Positions 5,504 to 9,000 of a DNA stretch of 9,000 nt are shown in pieces. Every line of letters begins with the position of its first letter. Position 1 is the stretch's first letter. The notes under the pieces were generated by a model. The model saw only the letters and a program-made list of their open reading frames with translations. It was not told the origin of the DNA and ran no database searches. This DNA comes from Candidatus Electronema aureum (GTDB lineage: Bacteria > Desulfobacterota > Desulfobulbia > Desulfobulbales > Desulfobulbaceae), in assembly GCA_004284765.1 (NCBI GenBank), contig NQJD01000060.1:1-9000 (forward strand). The letters are read 5' to 3'. The translations under genes and the position numbers were made by a program.

Positions 5504-5963
5504 AGGCGGTCTGCTCATAGACACCAACCTGCTGGTGCTGTTTGTTGTCGGCACGGCGGCAAAGGAGTATATTGCCAAGCACAAGAAGCTGACCGAGTTC
5601 ACGGTGGAAGACTATGACCTGCTGGTCAAGCTCATCGCAAGGGCTTCGGAGGTGCTTGTCACCCCGAACACATTGACCGAGACTTCCAACTTAGCGGCAT
5701 ACATCGGCGAGCCTGCGCGGAGCAAGGTAATGGATGTTCTGCGCACGGTGAGTATAGACTCGCAGGAACGGTATGTGCCCAGCAGCGCGGCTGCCCGGCG
5801 CAGCGAGTTCATCCGGCTGGGACTGGCTGATGCCGCCCTGCTTGAGGCAACTGCGGCGGAGAAGGTGACGTTGCTGACAGCCGACTTCAACCTGTATCAC
5901 GCTGCGCTGGCCAAGGGCAATCAGGCACTCAACTTCAATCATCTCCGCGACCGATATATGTAG
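5487..5963 (+). CDS. PIN-like domain nuclease, 158 aa (candidate toxin/effector)
   Basis: Acidic residues sit at PIN-typical positions and contexts: LLID12TN, TPNTLTE65TSN, GLAD115AALLE and LLTAD133FNLY. The size fits a PIN domain. The start ATG 5487 overlaps the upstream gene by 17 nt, which suggests translational coupling. Confidence 0.75.
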   Translation: MRHLFKGGLLIDTNLLVLFVVGTAAKEYIAKHKKLTEFTVEDYDLLVKLIARASEVLVTPNTLTETSNLAAYIGEPARSKVMDVLRTVSIDSQERYVPSSAAARRSEFIRLGLADAALLEATAAEKVTLLTADFNLYHAALAKGNQALNFNHLRDRYM

Positions 5964-6052
5964 AAGCGGGCGCGGAACGCAATCATGCAGGGGCAGAAGA
6001 TTCATCGTCCTTGTCTTGAATGACATCAACCTGAACAACGGAGAACTGCAAT

Positions 6053-7483
6053 ATGGCAAAGCTGACCAACAATGTGGGCGCACCAGTGGCGGACAATCAG
6101 AATGTGATGACTGCCGGGCCGCGCGGGCCAATGCTCCTGCAAGACGTGTGGTTCTTGGAGAAGCTCGCTCATTTCGACCGCGAAGTGATCCCGGAGCGGC
6201 GGATGCACGCCAAGGGATCAGGGGCTTACGGCACCTTCACGGTGACGCATGACATCAGCAAATACACGAAGGCCAATATCTTCGCTGCGGTCGGCAAGCA
6301 GACCGAAGTCTTTATCCGCTTCTCCACGGTTGCGGGCGAGCGCGGCGCGGCGGATGCGGAGCGCGACATCCGGGGTGTGGCGATGAAGTTCTACACCGAG
6401 GAGGGCAACTGGGATTTAGTGGGCAACAACACGCCGGTTTTCTTTCTCAAAGATCCGCTCAAGTTCCCTGACCTCAATCACGCAGTGAAACGCGACCCGC
6501 GCACCAACCTGCGCAGCGCGCGCAACAACTGGGACTTCTGGACGAACCTGCCTGAGGCGTTGCACCAAGTCACCATCACCATGAGCGAGCGCGGCATTCC
6601 CGCGTCCTACCGCACCATGAACGCGTATGGCAGCCACACCTTCAGCCTGATCAACGCCACCGGGGAACGGGTTTGGGTGAAGTTCCACTTCAAGACGCAG
6701 CAGGGGATCAAGAATCTCACGGACGCAGAGGCGGAAGCGATTGTCGGCAAAGACCGCGAAAGCCATCAGCGCGATCTCTATGAGAGCATTGAGAAAGGCG
6801 AGTTCCCAAAATGGGCGATGAAGATCCAAGTGATGACTGACGAGCAGGCCAAGAGCTGCCCGTTCAATCCCTTTGACCTAACCAAAGTCTGGCCGCACAA
6901 GGACTACCCGCTCCACGACGTGGGCGTGCTGGAGCTGAACCGCAACCCGGACAACTACTTCGCTGAGGTCGAGCAGGCGGCCTTCAATCCCGCGAACATC
7001 GTGCCGGGCATCAGCTTCTCGCCGGACAAGATGCTGCAAGGACGGCTCTTCTCCTACGGCGATGCGCAGCGCTACCGCTTGGGCGTGAACCACCACCTCA
7101 TTCCGGTCAACCGCGCCCGCTGCCCCGTGCATTGCTACCACCGCGACGGCGCGATGCGGGTGGACGGCAACTTCGGCAGCACGCTGGGCTATGAGCCGAA
7201 CAGCTACGGCGAGTGGCAGGAGCAGCCGGAGGCCCGCGAGCCTGCTCTGCCCCTCAGCGGTGCAGCGGATCACTGGAGCCACCGCGAGGATGACGGCGAC
7301 TATTACACGCAGCCGGGCAATCTCTTCCGGCTGATGACCCCGGCGCAGCAGCAGGTGCTTTTCGACAACACGGCACGGGCGATGGGCGACGCGCCGGAAG
7401 CTGTCAAGCGGCGGCACATTGCCAACTGCGCCAAGGCGGATCAGGCGTATGGGGCGGGCGTGGCCAAGGCGTTGGGGATGTGA
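6053..7483 (+). CDS. katA: Monofunctional haem catalase (small-subunit type), 476 aa
   Basis: Canonical catalase motifs are present: [18 protein letters not shown] (distal His), [29 protein letters not shown] and [14 protein letters not shown] (proximal Tyr). GGAG lies ~8 nt upstream of the ATG. Confidence 0.95.
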   Translation: MAKLTNNVGAPVADNQNVMTAGPRGPMLLQDVWFLEKLAHFDREVIPERRMHAKGSGAYGTFTVTHDISKYTKANIFAAVGKQTEVFIRFSTVAGERGAADAERDIRGVAMKFYTEEGNWDLVGNNTPVFFLKDPLKFPDLNHAVKRDPRTNLRSARNNWDFWTNLPEALHQVTITMSERGIPASYRTMNAYGSHTFSLINATGERVWVKFHFKTQQGIKNLTDAEAEAIVGKDRESHQRDLYESIEKGEFPKWAMKIQVMTDEQAKSCPFNPFDLTKVWPHKDYPLHDVGVLELNRNPDNYFAEVEQAAFNPANIVPGISFSPDKMLQGRLFSYGDAQRYRLGVNHHLIPVNRARCPVHCYHRDGAMRVDGNFGSTLGYEPNSYGEWQEQPEAREPALPLSGAADHWSHREDDGDYYTQPGNLFRLMTPAQQQVLFDNTARAMGDAPEAVKRRHIANCAKADQAYGAGVAKALGM

Positions 7484-7516
7484 GGCAGAAGGCAGCCAAG
7501 AGGTGGAGGGGGAAAC

Positions 7517-7551
7517 GACAAAAGGGCAGGCGCAATGCCTACCCTTTTGTC
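7517..7551. terminator. Bidirectional terminator between convergent katA and the cytochrome c gene
   Basis: gacaaaagggcaggc (7517-7531) pairs with gcctacccttttgtc (7537-7551) with one mismatch. The G+C core is flanked by an A-tract and a T-tract, so TTTTGT follows the stem on either strand. Confidence 0.6.
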
Positions 7552-7580
7552 AGTGCTGCGAGGCAGAGGAGAAGAATTAC

Positions 7581-7949
7581 TTACTTCTTCTCAGCAGGAG
7601 CAGCCGGAGCCTCAACAGGAGCAGCCTCAGCCTTCTCAGCAGGAGCCAAGGAGAGAATCCATGTAGCAATTGCCTTGGCATCGTCCGCGCTTACACTTGC
7701 CTGCGCTGCCATAGGCATTTTGCCCCATGCGTCCTTGCTGCCCTCTTTGATTGCAGTCTCAATCTTCTTGGCACCCTCTGCATCGTCTTTGTACTTTGCA
7801 GCGATCTCTTGCATACTGGGTCCCATAGCTTTCTTGTCTAACTGATGGCAGGTCATGCAATTGTTCTTCTTTGCCAATTCCTCGCTGGCGAAAGCAGAGC
7901 CAGAAACCAGCAAACAGGCAACGGCACAACCAAGTATTGCGTACTTCAT
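7581..7949 (-). CDS. Class I monohaem c-type cytochrome (c551/c552 family) with signal peptide and Ala/Pro/Glu-rich C-terminal tail; 122 aa
   Basis: From ATG 7947-7949 (AAGGAG upstream) the signal peptide reads MKYAILGCAVACLLVSGSAFA. The mature part, NNCMTCHQLDKKAMGPSMQEIAAKY...IKEGSKDAWGKMPM...SADDAKAIATWILSL, aligns by eye with Pseudomonas c551: CxxCH, D-K-x-GP, AAK, GS-G-WG-x-PM and W-L-S. The upstream 27 codons of the tracked ORF are not credited. Confidence 0.85.
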   Translation of the reverse strand: MKYAILGCAVACLLVSGSAFASEELAKKNNCMTCHQLDKKAMGPSMQEIAAKYKDDAEGAKKIETAIKEGSKDAWGKMPMAAQASVSADDAKAIATWILSLAPAEKAEAAPVEAPAAPAEKK

Positions 7950-8064
7950 GTTGTTTCTCCTTACGTAATGAGTGAAGTGAAATACTGCGTATAAGATACT
8001 GTAAAGCTTGCCATCCCGCTTATCTTCCATCGGGTATGGAATGAATCAATCGTGAATGGAGTAT

Positions 8065-8093
8065 AACATATATATCCACAGGCAGGATGTCAA
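8065..8093 (-). promoter_or_regulatory. Possible promoter for the cytochrome c gene
   Basis: The minus strand reads TTGACA (plus-strand 8088-8093), 17 nt, then TATGTT (8065-8070). It lies in an AT-rich intergenic region ~115 nt upstream of the start codon. Confidence 0.3.
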
Positions 8094-8207
8094 GAAAAAA
8101 GAGCAATACGGAATTAGTAGATATTACTATAAAGAAGCTGCATCGTTGCCTGTTATGCAGCACCAGCTCCTTCCTCCTTGGTCTTGAAAAAGAATGTGGA
8201 GCTGATT

Positions 8208-8895
8208 TAGGGCCTGTTAACACTACTGCTTAATTAATAACCTTTTGTTATTGTTGCCCTATGGAAATAACACAGGAGCAATACGAGAAGATAGCCGACA
8301 GCTTGCCTCGTCAGAGAGGCAATGTCACAATTGACAACCTCACGATGCTGAACGCCATGCTGCATGTCCTTGAACATGGGTGCACTTTTCACTCGACAGC
8401 ACGGTCATCAAAGTTCATCCTGACGGAACTGGGGCATTAAAAAAAATGGCCCTCAGTCGATCGGCAAATCCTGTGGCGGATGGACAACAAAACTGCATAT
8501 GATTGCCGCATCTGCTGAATGCGCGGTGATTTTCTCTCTTTCTCCCGGCTAGGCCGGAGATGCGCCGGAAGGCCGCAGGCTGCTGATAAAACTGGGAGCG
8601 GCCTCGGAACCCTGCGCGATGATCATGGATAAGGCGTATGAAGGAGATGAGACGAGAAAACTGGTCTCGGAATGAGGCTTTTCTCCTGTCGTGCCGCCGA
8701 AAAGCAGTCGGACAGAACCTTGGGAGTATGACAGGGAACTGTATAAAAAACGAAATGAAGTCGAGTGGCTGTTCAGGAGACTGAAGGGATTCCACCGCAT
8801 CTTCACCCGGTTTGACAAACTCGATGTCATGTTCATGGGGTTTGTCGTTTTGGCCCTGATCGTGACAGCAATCAAATAATGTTAACAAGGCCCTA
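8208..8895 (+). mobile_element. Decayed IS5-family insertion sequence with terminal inverted repeats
   Basis: The left end is tagggcctgttaaca (8208-8222). The reverse complement of the right end (8880-8895) is tagggccttgttaaca, differing by one indel. The outer TA on each side may be a 2-bp target duplication. The interior encodes a broken DDE transposase. Confidence 0.75.
8261..8879 (+). pseudogene. IS5-family DDE transposase pseudogene
   Basis: The N-terminus MEITQEQYEKIADSLPRQRGNVTIDNLTMLNAMLHVLEHGC (frame of 8261) breaks off where KWR.LP should follow, indicating an internal deletion near 8385-8392. It resumes in another frame as LDSTVIKVHPDGTGALKK. A further -1 shift in an A8 run (8439-8446) leads to NGPQSIGKSCGGWTTKLHMIAA...SPG-TAG(8550)-AGDAPEGR...DKAYEGDETRKLVSE-TGA(8673)-GFSPVVPP...YKKRNEVEWLFRRLKGFHRIFTRFDKLDVMF. 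These are classic IS5-family motifs. Confidence 0.8.
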
Positions 8896-8897
8896 TC

Positions 8898-9000
8898 TTG
8901 GAGATGCAGAAGAAAATTGCCGAGCTGAAGCGCCCTGAAGGCTACGAGATTGCCCAGCACACCGCCGGGCTGCCAGAAAGCTCGGCCCGCTTGTCCATGA
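8898..9000 (+). CDS. Partial ORF continuing beyond the window; function unknown and 5' end probably removed by the IS insertion
   Basis: This is the only open frame after the IS. It reads LEMQKKIAELKRPEGYEIAQHTAGLPESSARLSM with about 28/34 G/C at third positions, like host genes. The internal ATG at 8904 has GGAG directly abutting it, which is poor spacing, so it is unlikely to be the native start. Confidence 0.35.
   Translation, partial: MEMQKKIAELKRPEGYEIAQHTAGLPESSARLSM

Noticed and set aside
5964-6052. PerR/OxyR/Fur-type operator upstream of katA
   Set aside because: Only a weak partial dyad is present (ttgaatgacatcaa). I cannot match it convincingly to any regulator consensus by eye.
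4081-7845. Antisense and alternative ORFs inside the cassette, katA and the cytochrome gene (for example 4239-4757 -, 4477-4959 -, 5691-6131 -, 6416-6829 -, 6878-7417 -, 7419-7841 +, 7480-7845 +)
   Set aside because: They are shadow ORFs opposite or overlapping confidently assigned genes. They have no start signals and no recognisable motifs.
8095-8190. Second, older IS5 N-terminal fragment (shared gagcaatacg and ttgcct strings with 8275-8300)
   Set aside because: The similarity is limited to about 10-12 nt plus a short EQY..SLP resemblance that needs a 6-aa gap. This is within chance for this length.
8020-8223. 67-aa minus-strand ORF in the AT-rich region upstream of the cytochrome gene
   Set aside because: It starts inside the IS left inverted repeat and crosses the putative cytochrome promoter. 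There is no SD and the sequence is implausible.
8415-8960. 181-aa and 108-aa minus-strand ORFs
   Set aside because: They lie antisense to the IS5 transposase pseudogene and cross the IS right end. They have no motifs, whereas the plus strand carries clear transposase signatures.
1-9000. CRISPR arrays, rRNA genes, long tandem repeats
   Set aside because: No regularly spaced direct repeats and no rRNA-like sequence were found on either strand. The only recurring elements are the hairpin pair, the IS inverted repeats and the 15-nt duplication in the cytochrome tail.

Overview
This is a GC-rich bacterial chromosomal window. By hand count, single 60-nt lines of ribF and of the 4108-5181 gene are 41/60 G+C. 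Core genes are interleaved with decayed mobile DNA and a small accessory patch.

Left to right:
- 1-225: right-hand part of a decayed IS200/IS605-type element. It carries a tnpA remnant with an internal deletion plus three tandem hairpins.
- 186-1112 (-): the IS remnant cuts off an AT-rich tyrosine-integrase gene next to tRNA-Leu(CAG) at 1205-1291 (-). This is a classic genomic-island border.
- 1450-3244: ribF, a GNAT acetyltransferase and a 45-aa Pro/Lys-rich ORF.
- 3295-3982: a roughly 640-bp AT-richer segment bracketed by two copies of the same terminator-like hairpin. It holds a 93-bp element with perfect 14-bp inverted repeats and an orphan 89-aa gene.
- 4108-5963: a tightly packed three-gene cassette. 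It encodes an HU-like DNA-binding domain fused to a DUF4469-like domain (357 aa), a 99-aa protein of unknown fold, and a 158-aa PIN-like nuclease that overlaps the 99-aa gene by 17 nt.
- 6053-7949: a monofunctional haem catalase convergent with a c551/c552-type monohaem cytochrome c.
- 8208-8895: a decayed IS5-family element with terminal inverted repeats, an internal deletion, a frameshift and two in-frame stops.
- 8898-9000: a partial ORF running off the window.

The best candidate for an undescribed system is the HU-like/DUF4469 + small protein + PIN cassette, which could be a tripartite toxin-antitoxin or defence module. All family assignments come from motif recognition by eye; no searches were run. 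There is no CRISPR array and no rRNA.
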